The notes under the pieces: generated by a model
The model's database searches: none
Told to the model about the DNA's origin: nothing
What the model saw: only the letters and a program-made list of their open reading frames with translations
Made by a program: the position numbers and the translations under genes
In this document: positions 39,101-52,610 of the stretch, one piece after another
How the letters are laid out: every line of letters begins with the position of its first letter
How positions within the stretch are numbered: position 1 is the first letter of the stretch
Source of the DNA: Diadema antillarum
Lineage: Eukaryota
NCBI RefSeq assembly: GCF_040938485.1
Contig: NW_027271431.1
Span: 3,038,001 to 3,102,000, forward strand
Length of the DNA stretch: 64,000 bases
Direction of reading: 5' to 3'

Positions 39101-40185
39101 CGGACATCCCCCTAGTGCATATATGTATGCGATATTTTTTGAATTTTAGCAATGCAAATAATCTCCACCAGTTGTAGGAGGAGATCGATATACGAGCGTA
39201 ACCGACTTTGCTGCGTGCGTCAATCAATACACCGAGGATTTTTACGCGCAAGAATCTGAGCATGATTTAAAGGGAAGAAAATATTGATTATGCGAGCAAT
39301 CACGCAAAAGTACCAAACAAAAGAAAAAAAGGAAGAAAGAAAAAGCCTACCTGGTGGGGAGGAAAAAAAACGGTTGAAGATGCCATAACGTTTTCTCGTG
39401 TCTCTATTACGATGCACTGAATACTCTCACTTTAATATTTTATATATAGAATCATTCATCTACCTTTTCTGGAAAGCGTGGTTTAAGCTGTTTTAGAAGT
39501 GATTGTTTGTGTGATTATCAATATTTCCGGTGTCAGTACGTTTGTATGTTTATTGCAAAATGCAATACTTTATACTGTCAAAATCAAATTCAAATTGAAA
39601 CGATGTGCCGGTAAGCCGTCGAGCCACACGAAACTGAACCAAGTCATGTTTATGAAATGAGACCTTATACAAAAGGATGTGTAGCTGAGTTAAAGCCTTG
39701 AAGATCGCTGCAGGAAACACCCTAGTTTCGCATTTTGGCTTCATTTCTTACGGAGACGTTTGCATAATTTATCTATTCATTTTCATTTTTAAACCTCCCT
39801 TCATGTCACTTGTATTTTACGTGGAGCACACAACGAAGGAAGTGAATGTAATTTACATCAAATCCAGATCTTACTCCATCCATCACTCCAGCAACATTCT
39901 ATTCGTCTAAACCAGTCTGGTAATTCGCCAAGCCTAAAAAGTAGATGACCCCCAATCAACCTCTTGGTGCATACAGGTAAAGTGTTTGTCATGTTCTAAC
40001 TCCATGGGAAGTTACCATTTCTCTCACAAAATTGGTTCATTGATATAAACAGGCTGTATCGCAACCCGTCCAGAAAGATCAAATAACCATTTTCCTTCAT
40101 TTTTTTTTGTCTGTATGATATATACTGACACACTCCCTCACACCCTCATGGTTGATTCTGCAAACGTCATTGCCAAGAATTCATT

Positions 40186-40188
<3 letters not shown>

Positions 40189-40250
<62 letters not shown>

Positions 40251-40268
40251 CCCCACACACACATACAC
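40189..40268. repeat. (CA)n microsatellite
   Basis: Direct reading. Confidence 0.9.
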
Positions 40269-40657
40269 AAAGTCATTCCTGTCCTCTCAATAATCTGTCA
40301 GTATGAAATCAAAGGAATTTTTTGAATGCTGTGAAACAAACGGAAGGGCATTTCTTGTTTCATGGGGTTCTTGTCTTTTAATTCTCAATCTTTTGGTGTA
40401 GACCTACATGTTTTGACATTATTTTGCTTATCAGCATTTCCTGATATCTTTAGAAAAAAAAACCTTTGGTAGCTCAACCTGACCGAGAAATCATCTTTAA
40501 GATGCAGACAGCGTAATTGTTCTAGTAAGCAGCTGGTAAGTGGACGAGAAGAGCAAGCAATAATCTGGGGTCTTAAAATTCCTAGCGCCTCCGCAAAGGT
40601 CACGAGTATAATATGGGAAAAATAACAATTATAACACATCCATCTTCTCAACAGACA

Positions 40658-40688
<31 letters not shown>

Positions 40689-41634
40689 CAAAACCGCAGT
40701 GTATTCTTGATATGAAATGAAATATCTGATCCCGACGATGCAAGGGGTGTTTTAAATTGCAATTTTATACCTTCTTTCGCTTGACATTGATAGCTACAAG
40801 TAACAGAAATCGGGACGTGTCATCAAAATCGGACAGGGATTACGAAAGAGAGAGGGGAAATCCAGGGAGCGAGAGAACGAGAGATACACACATGTGTACA
40901 TGCATGTGGTATAAAAACTTCAGAGAATATACTAAGTAATCGATGGCCTTTGCCATTCCCGATAACTTCGAAATTATGTTGACGGATCATTACCCTTTTC
41001 CGTAAACCGAGACGTTGGAAACGTAGAAATGTCACTTTTTATCTTTATTGTGATCGAAATGACACCAAAAGATCTGAGTCCCCTGTTTACAACTTGACAA
41101 GGACAATATAGAAATGTGTTTTGTTGACAATAAATATTATCTAATCTAGTTACTGTGTATTTTTTGTTTATCGTTTTATCATAAACAGAATCACAAATCA
41201 CATTTCAAAAGTCAAATTAATGTGGAATGTTATATGTTTGTGGCAAAATATGACTTGCCGTATAGCGAACGACTTGAAACTTTCATTTTGTTTCATCGGT
41301 CCCATTATAAAATTCTATTCGAAATTGTCAAATCCATGATTTCGAAATGATACCTGTTATCAAGAAACTGTTAGTGAACATGTACCCCAGTGTGATCCCC
41401 CTTTTTTTATCTCTTGTTCTCATCAACAGATGAAAGTAAAAGCAGGGCAATTTAGTCGAGGTTGAGCAGGCGCCCTCACCCGCCCCCAGACCATCTCAAG
41501 CATGGCTGGCACGCCATTCTCCCAGACAGCCTGCCAATATCCGGGCCACCAGCGAGTGCAGGAAGTTGTATAATCGAGCGGCTTCGCACTCTCCTACTCG
41601 AGTGCTGTGCCCCCAGCGTCCAAACCGACAGATC

Positions 41635-41648
41635 GTTACCATGGGGAC
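41635..41648. promoter_or_regulatory. RFX X-box-like site in a GC-rich patch
   Basis: GTTACCATGGGGAC resembles the GTTGCCATGGCAAC consensus. Confidence 0.3.
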
Positions 41649-42253
41649 GATAGCAGCGAGGAAGTTTTGAGATGGGGGGGGGGGGGGGGAGGAGGGTGGG
41701 TAAAGAAAGAGAAGAAGAAGGAGAAGATAACGGAGAGAAAGGGAGGGGGGCTGTCGCGAATTGTAAGAAGAAGGGAAGGAAAGGAAAGATTTGAGAGAGG
41801 AAGAGATTATTGCTGAGAATGAAAAGGGTCTTTGCTGTTCATGGAGATCTGCTCATAAACGGATTTCGCACTTTCAAGTATTGAAAGCCCTGTCGAACAT
41901 GTGTTTCTATTTCTAGTTTGTGTGGGAGGATCACTGACAAGGTAACACTTTTCAACATTTCAGTCAAGTGGTTGCATACCCATGAAATACACTCCTATAC
42001 ACCATGAAAAATTAGAAACACACACGTTACAAGTTGATGATACATTACAATTATGATTAATGATACATATCGAAACCTTACTCGTTGTTCTTACTTTTTC
42101 ATAATTTTTCATCAAAGGCTTGTAATTATTGATACAGTAAACTAATGATAAAGTTACAATGGTGGTGATGATGAAGGTGATAATGATAGCAATTAGAATG
42201 GTGAAAATAGTGATCATGATTTTAACATTAAAATGATAATAATAAAACAATTA

Positions 42254-42402
42254 NNNNNNNNNNNNNNNNNNNNNNNNNNNNNNNNNNNNNNNNNNNNNNN
42301 NNNNNNNNNNNNNNNNNNNNNNNNNNNNNNNNNNNNNNNNNNNNNNNNNNNNNNNNNNNNNNNNNNNNNNNNNNNNNNNNNNNNNNNNNNNNNNNNNNNN
42401 NN
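42254..42402. other. Assembly gap (149 N)
   Basis: Run of N. Confidence 1.
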
Positions 42403-42894
42403 AACATTAATGTCGGTCAGTCTTATTTTATAAGCCAGGAAGCAAAAACAAACAAACAAAACAAAAAGTTCGGAGGAGCGGAAAGGACAGTATGGTTTGA
42501 AGACTCACCCTCTTTCGCTGATTATTTTGATGTATAAAATACAGGTAATGAAGCAAATTCTGTACTTCCTGTAAGCATTGTTGCAGACCTTTCGTTCACC
42601 CTTTTGATAGTTACGAGAAAAAGAGAGCGCATCGCTTGTTTGCATGATGGAGAGATAACATACCAAGCGAGTGAGAATAAGAGAGGAAGAAATAACAAGA
42701 TCAAAGAAAACAGTCACAGAGAACGAGCCCGATGAAAATAGCGTCAATTTAACAGACCTAATTGATAGAGATACATGTAATGCGAAAGACGCAGATATTA
42801 CACAGATGGGATAAGAGAGACTCGAAGGATGACTCTCCCAGTGACTTGTAAAGAGACTAACAAATCACAGAGACAAACAAAATATATACACATG

Positions 42895-44150
42895 CTATTT
42901 TTGTTTTTGTTTTTCAATAATCTTTATTTGATTTCCATAATTTCTCAGAACAAAAGATTAATCTTGAATGTATACAAACAATATACAATCGACAATAACG
43001 AATCAAACGAAAAGCAATTAGTAAGTATACATGACCCGAAGATCATACCATATATCTTGAATTAAATCACAAACTCTAACTTTCATACTTTCATAAGTGT
43101 AGCAGCAAGCAACAGAGAAATTAAAAATGCATAAATTTGAACCATTATAAATCTAATTTATCTCCTCAAAACACCATCAACGCCTTATCAATTGAGTAAA
43201 CTTCAAAACGTTTCACTCACAAAATTGTTCAAATATTTCAATTAATTAACATCCCGGGATTAACATATTTCCACTTCAATGCAAACCTAATTTCCCTCTC
43301 ATAACTGACAGTTTCTTTTCCTCTTCAAAATTTGCTACTATTCTGTTCTGAAGTGTACTAAAGGATGGAAGTACATGTACTTCTTGACTTAAAATGATTT
43401 ATTTAAACAAAATAATCAACGAATAGGCAAAACTTCTCACTGAACTACCAGACAGTCCTACAAAAATCACTGCCAGTGCATAATCTCGAATTTCTACAAG
43501 ATCGTAATGCGATGTCTTATAAGTTTCCATGTATCTTTAACTATCAGACATTGCAAAAAAAAAAGAGAAAAAAGAAACATATTCATAATCTTCTATTTCT
43601 TGGTTGCAGAAAGAAAACAAACTATCTGCTACAAAACCAAATTTTAAAAGTTGCTCTTTAGCATAAATCACTCCATGAATTAACTTAAATTGAAATTTCT
43701 CTGTTTACTGAGAAGAGTACGTTATAAATCTTAGTCCAGCAAATATTTCTTTGATTTTTTTTCCTTCAGTATACTCTAATTTATTTTGGCAATCTTTTAT
43801 CTTCAAATCATGCAGTCTCTGCAAATTGTTAATTAAAAAAAATCATAAATTTTCCGTGAATTTACATCTCTTTATAGTATTTTTGCCCTAAAATCTTAAA
43901 TATTCTAAACCGAACGCAACCACATCTATATGCTGCAATTTAACGGTCTGTCATCCTCTCATTCTAACAATCATTTGGTAATTTATTGTAAATATCGGTA
44001 ATTGTTAACAAATCAATGCGTTTCATAGCCAGATTAAAAAAAAAAGAATTGGACGGGCTTGAAATGACCTTTATCTAATGTGTGATCGATTCTATAAATT
44101 CCTTTTCCATACAAAATTTGATTTAAAAAAATCATTATATGATCAAAACA
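42895..44150 (-). mobile_element. Decayed 3' portion of an L1/Tx1-clade non-LTR retrotransposon
   Basis: Minus-strand translation around 43700-43570 gives FQFKLIHGVIYAKEQLLKFGFVADSLFSFCNQEIEDYEY, then CLIVKDTW and a KKYMY-containing segment. This is the pattern of the L1/Tx1 ORF2 C-terminal zinc-binding region. It ends in AATAAA plus an A-rich tail near 42895-42930. Frameshifts and stops are present, and the 5' limit is approximate. Confidence 0.75.
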
Positions 44151-44218
44151 TTATATTTTATTGTTAAAAATAATCCGGTTGACAAATTCCTCATCTATAT
44201 TCCTGCACATTATGCAAA

Positions 44219-44219
44219 T

Positions 44220-44285
<66 letters not shown>
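44219..44285. repeat. (AAC)n(AC)n microsatellite
   Basis: Direct reading. Confidence 0.9.
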
Positions 44286-44286
<1 letters not shown>

Positions 44287-45054
44287 GTGAAGCATAAAGT
44301 GAAAAAACATCGCAATCTTCTATCAACAACGTTCCAAACGATAACAACAAGAAGCGAATACTGTAGTCCTTATTTTCTCCGATGACCGCAAAAGAGCGGG
44401 AATGCAAGATTGGGCATCAAATTGTGATAGAGGGCGCCGTTTTCGAGATCTAGATGTTATCCTGAAGCCAGTGAAACCTAGGGTGAGTACGGAATGAGGT
44501 CGTCACTGTAATGTTAAATCGTTAGAGTACCAGGTGCCTGGTTTTGTGTTTTTTTTCCTTTAAATATCATTTCCTGCAATGAATCAGGCCCCTGCGCAAA
44601 ATATCCTTGCCCTTAATGTGGGGGGGGGGGGGGGGGGGGGGTCGATTCCGCGTGGTTTTATCGTAGGCCTAATTGTCGTCTGTTACATCAAGATGAAACT
44701 TGCACGAACATACTACATTGTGTATCAATATCATCAATTAGTGATAAAATTAACCCAATAGTAATGATTATACACGAGAATGAATGTTTGAAAATATATT
44801 ACATTTACCTTAGAATATGTTTCATCTATTTTTCCTATTTGCAACCAGTCAGCAGTGAATTGTACAGTTTGACAACATCTAAATCTCAAGTGTAGTTCTT
44901 ACACGTAAAAAGCATAAAGGGGGAAAAAATCTTAATTATGCTCACGCTTACCAGCACCGCCAAGATTGATTTGAAAAAATGTAAAATCCAAACCAATATC
45001 TCCTAAAATATGGACTGGTCAAAACGCTCACACACATACGCACGCAGTCACACG

Positions 45055-45091
<37 letters not shown>

Positions 45092-45921
45092 AAACATATG
45101 GTTGCATATAATGCATTGATTTTTAGCAAAATATTCTCTGAGAAATATTAACTTGAAAAAGAGTTTTTCTTTTCTATTTTTTAAGAGTGTATGTATGTAT
45201 ATATGTATACATATATGCACCATCGTCAGTGTATAGATGTATGTATGCACATTTTAAGAGAGCAATTAATTTTCAATAAAAGCGATCTCATCTCTGTGTT
45301 GGCACCGCCTGGCAAGCTTGCTATGCACACTTCCCGGATATTGCGCCGTATTGTCTCATTCGATTTGGAAGAAGCACCCATAGTTATGGGAGCCACTGGC
45401 ACAATGTGCGCTCAGGGTCACACGAAATTGATGCCGATAGCTGTTTGATCAGACACGGACTAATGTGCCAACATCATTGAAGACGCTCTCTGTCTCCGGG
45501 AAGAAACAAGGCCTACGAATTCCCGCCCACCCCCCCCCCCCCCTCCCCTCCTCCGTCAAAGCGTCTCACAACTCAGCGAGCTTTAATGAAGTTGAATAAT
45601 ACATGGAGGTGAAAGTGATTAAGCTGCTATAACCTGAGGCAGAACGACTGCCCCAAACACTTTTCATTATCAACCTTCAACGCAATCTATACCTGATGTG
45701 AACCTGTAGAGACTTTGTTTGACTAACGCGAGGGTAAGTCCTTCGCGTTAAAGGTGATATGACTCTTTTACGGTGTTTACCCCGGACCAAATAACGGACG
45801 CCGCGCCGGCTCACGTAGTTCTCCACTGCAAGCCGCATCCCCACTGTATGAAGCTTTTTAAGGTGAGATGGTGAGAGAAGTAGAGAGTTCGCCACACACC
45901 GTCGCTCACTTTTCCCAGGCT

Positions 45922-45945
45922 GTCACGTGATCTACAGAGACCAAT
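45922..45945. promoter_or_regulatory. E-box (GTCACGTGAT) plus CCAAT box, a candidate promoter for a minus-strand transcript
   Basis: Motifs read directly; minus-strand donor CATCAG|GTATAG at 45692. Confidence 0.3.
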
Positions 45946-46137
45946 CGCATCCCACGCACGAGACGGCGACGGCTTTGGGTTTGGCACACGGGTGTCAGTC
46001 TGACATAGACAACGTTCAACTTCCACTCTCGATTTATGTGAAGGAGTCTTTCTGTTCTCGGAAAACGCACCACCACCACACACAGTAAGGCATACACACA
46101 GACATACTCACACCCATACGCACACTCATACCATTAT

Positions 46138-46270
46138 CCATCCATTGATTGATTAATCCATCCATCCATCTATCCATCCATCCATTCATCCATCCAGCTA
46201 ACCATAATAAACGAATACACGAATACACGAATACACGTACATACGTACATCCATACATACGTACGTACAA
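46138..46270. repeat. (CCAT)n/(ATAC)n tetranucleotide repeats
   Basis: Direct reading. Confidence 0.85.
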
Positions 46271-48240
46271 ACGCACAGACACGCTACCACACACACATAC
46301 TTGCACCTTTCATTACTAGTAGTATACTTGCAGACAGATACACACACACAAGGAAGATCCGCACACCGGTACTCCTGCAATGTCAAATGCCTGTGACGCC
46401 GAAGTCTTGGTACTGGTTCTGGGATTGCAGTAGTTTACATTGTTAAGCCGATTTCTATTGGACCAGACGTGGCGCGAAAGTCCGCAGTGACAAGACGTGG
46501 TTGCCAGTTTGATACATGCCCTGCCAGCTCATAGCCACCACTATTCTCGAGGGCCCACGGGCGGTGCAGCAGCGGAGGAGGGTACACGGATGTTCGAATT
46601 CTCGACACTTGGAATATATTATTGGATTTTTCGAGCAACACATCTCCTTTTTCCCCCGCCCGTTTTCGTCAACCACGCGCATGTGTTTGTCGCTGATTTT
46701 TCGCATTCATGACGGCGCTTCCAGCCATGTACACTGGTAACGGTTAAACCCAGCCCCAAATTAATACCACTCTTTTTCTCTTTCCCCCTCTCTCTCTTTT
46801 CCCCCTCTGCACTGAATAATAGTGGAGTCCTATCGATGGTACGGTGGCTTCCGGAACTGTGGAACCTAGATACATTTTTCTATTATCGTGCCGCTCGTCC
46901 GGGTCTCTGGGAGTCGGCAGCTTAGCGTATATTGGATTCTGCCGTGCGCCCATCATCCCGGCCTAATATCTCTCGTCAGGGCGCTCCGCCAGACTCGCGG
47001 GCGAAAATCGATCCATCGCTCTCAAGCGAACACATGATTGCATCCGATAGCGGGACGGACGTAAGAAAGAAAGAAAAAAGCAGGAACAGGAGAGGAAATA
47101 ATACGAATGAATGAAGTGGAAAAGTGGCGTTTCTCTCCAGGGCGACCTTCAAATGAATTTTGACCCTTCGTGGCAAAAAAAGAAAGGAATAATTGGCCCA
47201 GCCCCGGAGCGAATGAACAGGGGGACGGCGCGAAGGAAATACACCCTCAACAAGTATCTCTGCAACTCATCGGAAGTTTTCTACGTGATATTGTTTGTTT
47301 CGTGTATTTGTTTTGATCTTCTCTCAGCTCAGCTCAAGTCCACCCCACCCCCTTTTTTTTTGCAGTCATCAGCTTGGGCTACAAAGAATGACAGCGAAGT
47401 CTGAGCTTGGTATTCGACATATCGTCGTCTTGCGTTCCGTCCTCTCCAGAATCGGGGTTTCTTCCACATGACATCGTCTCGTACTTTGGATATAATAGTT
47501 CCAGCTATGATACCTTGGGTCTCTGTCATGATAACAAAGGCAGCTCAGTTGAATGGAAATCAACTTGGGCGATAACTATCAGATGATTTCTCCATGCCCA
47601 TTATTCCTCTACAGCCCCACAACTTTAACTTGTCTTTACAGTGGTGCGACGGTCGCTCATGAATTGTCGGCAGGTTTGAATATCTCCCAACACAATCTTC
47701 ACAGTGAAAGCAAGGATGTTCTCCCGCTCCCTTAGTAGTTGAGCCCACACTCCCCCATCCTACCCAAAGCGGAGAGAAGTTGATAAGGGACCTTGTCGCT
47801 GTTCATCCACAAACTGGTGTGCCTGTCTGCTCATGCAGAAATCTCATGGTTTCCAGTGGATTTCGGGCAGTTGATACACAAGGAGAGGAGTAAGACAGAT
47901 TTTAGCCGGAGAAAACCCATCGAGACAGATTCGAAGGGAATAGTTCACAGTGAACCACAAATTGTGATAGCTTGACATATTGGATTAGCACGTGTGAAGA
48001 CCCGATTTGTAACATACATACAGTATATCATGCACTAGCTATATTTGATTCTCATTTAATGGTTGTCAAAATTTCCCAACGACAGCAATCCTCTGGATTA
48101 TTACTCGCACTAACAGCACCTCAAGGAAGGATTAACCGCTTCGCTCCCATCGGAGGCATCGTCAACGTGCAGCAACGATACTCGACTACGTGTTCGCTGT
48201 CGTGAACGGGTTAAAGACGGCGGAGGCGGCGAAGTAAGGG

Positions 48241-48430
48241 CTTCCGGAAGCAATCTTGCCCACCCTTCAAACCAAGTTATCGAATTATCAACTTAATATC
48301 GATTTCGTAATTCAATTTCCTGCGAACAGAAGAGCGAGGAAAGCGATCGGCTCTGCACTTGGCGGACGTGTTGCGAAGTCTCCGGCCAACTCACCCGTGT
48401 TCGCTCTCTTGCGTCCTTTTTCTGGTGAGT
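48241..48430 (+). promoter_or_regulatory. Housekeeping-type promoter and candidate non-coding first exon
   Basis: Palindromic ETS site CTTCCGGAAG at 48241-48250 in CpG-rich sequence; strong donor CTG|GTGAGT at 48425. Confidence 0.35.
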
Positions 48431-50272
48431 ACATGAAAAGAAAGTACCTTCCTTGCATAGTTTGTCACTTACGTCAAAAGAGATATTTTTCTATATGCGT
48501 TTCTCCGTTTATAAGATATGTTGGGCCGTATGTATAAAAAGTAGCGACTGCTCATGCTTGCCTTCTGGTTGAACCCACGGGCAAAAATAAGGAATGGCGT
48601 GCAAGCAACAGCAGGAATGCACAAGAAACTGCTTAATGTCTGCTCGTAATGTCTGAAAACAGTTACTTAGTTATCACATAGTTGTTTAAGCATTTCATTT
48701 TTTCTTTAAAGCTCGGTCATGCTCGCTTGAGCTCTTCAATCATAATGTTTTTGTGAGGAATCGCCTTCATCATGCTCGTAAGAAAAAGACTCCCTTAAGT
48801 GCAGACGTGCTTCAGCAAACTAAATAGCTTCTCTAACTTACCGAGAACTATCCCGTTTCGAAAAGGAGCATGTCAAGGGGTGAGCACACAGGCTCTTACG
48901 TAATCATGCTCATACATTAGAAACGGAGTGAGGGATGTATTACAGCCGTATAGAGGACAAGATCACGCTCTACAACCTGATAAATCCGAGATGTCCGAAA
49001 TGCCCGACTACAAAGGGGAGAGTGAAGGGGTGGGGTCATGACAGACAATTATGCTGCCATGTCGGAGAAGGCTTTCCCCAAACGCGCATGGTTGACTACA
49101 GTATAATAGCCACCTTTGTTTTCATGTTAATGGTTTGCGTATCGGCGTCACGTCGCTTTTAATTAAATTGGAATTACATGTATTAAGTCAGTTTAATAAG
49201 TTACGTTCAGATAGTGATCCCAACTTCAAGGTTATCTGCCTTTAAGAATAAGCACTTGCCCCTTGGGGGCGAGAACTGATCCTCGAAGTTAGCTAACCTT
49301 GACGTTACGGATCACAGTCTGAACGTAATTAACGTGATGGCAATTGAATGGACTTTTTTTTTCGTCTGAGGATCTGATATCAAGCTATTCCATCCATTTG
49401 CACTTGGAATGCATGAGTAGTGGCTCTAATCGGGCAAGCCTTGCGCAAACTTACAGTCTGCTCTTAGAATTCGGTGTTCTAAAGGTACGCATAGAAGTTG
49501 GATATGGTAGTACACTTGTGGACAGCTTATTGGAAAAAAAATTGATAAGAATCACAAACTTTAGGATATACATATTTTTGAAAAGAATTTTGAGTTTGAC
49601 TTTGCTTGAAATTATGTATATTCAGATATATGAATCTGACTTCAGAGCATTTTAACTTCTAGTGGCCATAACTGGAGGGTTCCAAAGAAGATCATAAGCA
49701 CTTTCAATGGGTTATGAAATGAGCCAGGTGCGTTGCTATGTCAGTGCATAAGTTATCTTTTGTTAAGCATACTTGAAGCCCCCCCACCCCCCCCCCCCCG
49801 TTAAAAATTACCATAAAAATACAGTACCCAAACTGAATTGGTCTATAGTTTTGTTTATATACGGCCAAGTTTTCAACAGACTGTAGTTTAAGAATAATCA
49901 AAATCTCATTTACATTCTATGTATACCTTTTTATCAAAGGTTGTTCCTGACAATTGGGGAAACATCCAATAAGAACAAATCTGAATTCCGAGTATACATA
50001 ATCGGATTCCAAGTGTTGTAAATCTATAATACAATGTGAATAGTTAAAAGTGAATAGCTCACCACTTGTTCCTCAATTCATTTACACCCATAAATTTGTA
50101 TACATTATTCAACGGCCTTTTTCTTTTACATAAAGAGAAACAATTGACCGTTTCCGTAATGTAATGTATAAAACTCATAATCGTTTATTTTCTTTCAGCC
50201 TACTAAAAAAAAATAATTTACCTGCTCCCTCCAACTAAGTTTCTTTGGTAGAAATTCACTTAGCATTCATCG

Positions 50273-50337
50273 GTTTGTTTGTTTGTTTGTTTGTTTGTTT
50301 GTTTTGTTTTGTTTTTGTTTTTGTTTTTTTTTTTTTG
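50273..50337. repeat. (GTTT)n/(GTTTT)n microsatellite
   Basis: Direct reading. Confidence 0.85.
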
Positions 50338-51974
50338 GGGGGGGGGTTGCTAAGCAGGGCAAGATTCCGGCAAGCTTTGTGGTTGGTAACCCTTTCTGTT
50401 CCAGGAACTTAGGACAGCGTGTACAATGCTATGGGGGTTTTCTAGGCCAATCGGCGCTCAAACGCACAAAGGGTTAAGACAGTCTGAACTGTGAGCTAAA
50501 CATGGATAGAATATCAATACATTACAATAACGGTCTATTGTGCGTCTCATATTAGTAAATCGCGGGCATTCCCAAACAAAATACTTTTTTTTTCTCGCCA
50601 ACATCCACACCCTGCACACGAAGAGAAGGGGCCACTTAACTTTTCAACATGCAACTGATATATAACCTTAGTTTCATTGTGCGTTGTCGAAAGCACCCAT
50701 ATCTTTTGACATTTCAACAGCATCTTTCCAGTTACAGCTCATACTGATAACAATTTTGTATCTATAATGTTTGAAAGCGTGCTCCCCTACTACAGACAGG
50801 ACAAAGATACAGTTGAGCTTACACAACTCAGAGTAAACGACATATTTTTTCAAGCCGTGGGTGCAAACATAATGATTATTCTGACAATCAAAGGAGATGG
50901 CTTTGGATATTTTGAGCCTAATTTTAGTAGGCAATTCAGAAAAATGGTTATGATGGGGAAAATTAGAAAGACAGAACCATCTTGATTAGCGGCGTTTACA
51001 CTGAAGAGCCTTCCCTGTCTATAGATAGGACCATCATTCAACATTAACATTTAAAACAGCCTACATATTATTGTCTTGTCGTAATTGATAGAGCAAACTC
51101 AATTTGTAATTTTTTTTTTAAAGTACTAATCTATCAAAACACGCCGTGATCAGCAGCAATGTCTCGTGGGATGAATTTGCCTTTCGCAGACTAAAGGTAA
51201 AACCCATTAAGGAAATAAACATCATGTTGATTTTTCTGTGCTCGTCTGACGCTGTAGCATCATATCCACTGTAGCGCGTTGCCAAACAACCACTTGGTAT
51301 CAACTCCATTGTCCATTATTCACGAAAAAGCTCGTTATCATTCGTTTACATCACTGTAAATGGAGGCCCCCTCCCTCATAAAACTATGGCTTTGAAAAAG
51401 AGTGCATAGCTGACTTGTTTTGAAAGTCTGCCGATCTCCTCGATGTCTTATCAGCTTTAACTCTTTTCCCCTCCTTTTTCTCCGGTTTACTTGACTTATT
51501 ACCTACTTCGGCATTCATTACCAGAAGACCAAAAGCAATGACACATACATTGTGGTAATGATGAGAAAATACGTTATAGTCACTGCATGTTTGATCACGC
51601 CAGTATGTCATGGTTCATTTTTACGCTTTATTTTACGTGTTCTGCTACACATAGTCTTGAACAAATCGTATATAGGCCTTGATCCGTAGAGCTCGTCAGT
51701 AATCTTGCACACGAAACTTTCATATCATTACGCGGAAGGCTTGAACAGACGATGAACATTAAATGAGTACTACAATTAGTGAAATAGGATTGAATAACCC
51801 ATAATCTACTTATCTATTCATGAAATAGGTTTCCATAGTAACGTCAACATTATGACAGTCACGTACAGTTGTCCGAGTGCACTTTACGTGTATGCAATCA
51901 AAATGCCGGTAATAGGATTTCCTGAATATCAGAAATAAACAAGAAAACTCCGACTGAATAACTGAAAACAGCAG

Positions 51975-52215
51975 TAGCATCATCAAGTGGTTGGGACTGA
52001 AAACTCTTTAACAAGATACCTGGGGTTCGAATCTTGCCCGGCGTTCATGCTTGCACAAGATATGTTAACCCCTCTGACCCTCTTAACCCAGGAGTATAGA
52101 TGAGTATCCGCCCGTGATACCAAATCTTTGGCATTCTCCTATTATGTCTGTCATGGCAGCAAAAAGAGTAACTGTGACCCGTGTGTCTCGCTATCCGAGT
52201 ATATCAGCCGTTTTT
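51975..52215 (+). mobile_element. Degenerate tRNA-derived SINE
   Basis: A-box-like aagtggttgg and B-box ggttcgaatc (52024-52033), followed by the SINE core-like ttgcacaagatatgttaacccctctgaccctcttaacccaggagtatagatgagta. Confidence 0.6.
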
Positions 52216-52241
52216 TTGTGTGATTGACCCCTTCACCATAG

Positions 52242-52368
52242 GGCCCTGTTTCATAAAACTTGTTATTAATAACAGGTAACAGTGGTTGTTACTAGCTACT
52301 GAAATCCTTTCATCTGATTGGCTGATAGCAAATTTGTCGTAGAAGTGTTACTGATAACAAGTTTCATA
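52242..52368. mobile_element. Harbinger-type MITE with a degenerate right end
   Basis: Left TIR ggccctgtttcataaaacttgttat; partial inverse ataacaagtttcat at about 52354-52367. Confidence 0.55.
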
Positions 52369-52374
52369 TGACGT

Positions 52375-52610
52375 TACCCGGGATTTCTCCCTTCTCTTTA
52401 CGAAAGAATCAAGTGAAGTGGATTATTTTGCCTGCAAAGAGTACGGCTCTCCTGCACAAGGGACGGACGGCTTTAAGTCTCCTGCGAAAGACTTGGCAAT
52501 GAAGATAAACTGCCTTGCCTAAGGGCACTGCTGGGCTGGGACTCGAACCTCACGTTTGCATGTGGGTCCTTGGACTTACTCGCGTGGTCGTAACCGCTCC
52601 GCCACGACAG
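52375..52610 (-). mobile_element. tRNA-derived SINE (SINE2 type)
   Basis: Minus strand reads GTCGTGGCGGAGCGGTT (A box) ... GGTTCGAGTCC (B box), then GTGCCCTTAGGCAAGGCAGTTTATCTTCATTGCC...GGAGACTTAAAGCCG as the body. Confidence 0.75.

Noticed and set aside
45412-45478. Possible box C/D snoRNA on the minus strand (ATGATGT...CTGA...CTGA)
   Set aside because: Imperfect C box, no terminal stem and no rRNA complementarity that I can identify
45941-45956. ER-stress element CCAAT...CCACG
   Set aside because: The spacer is 6 nt, not the required 9
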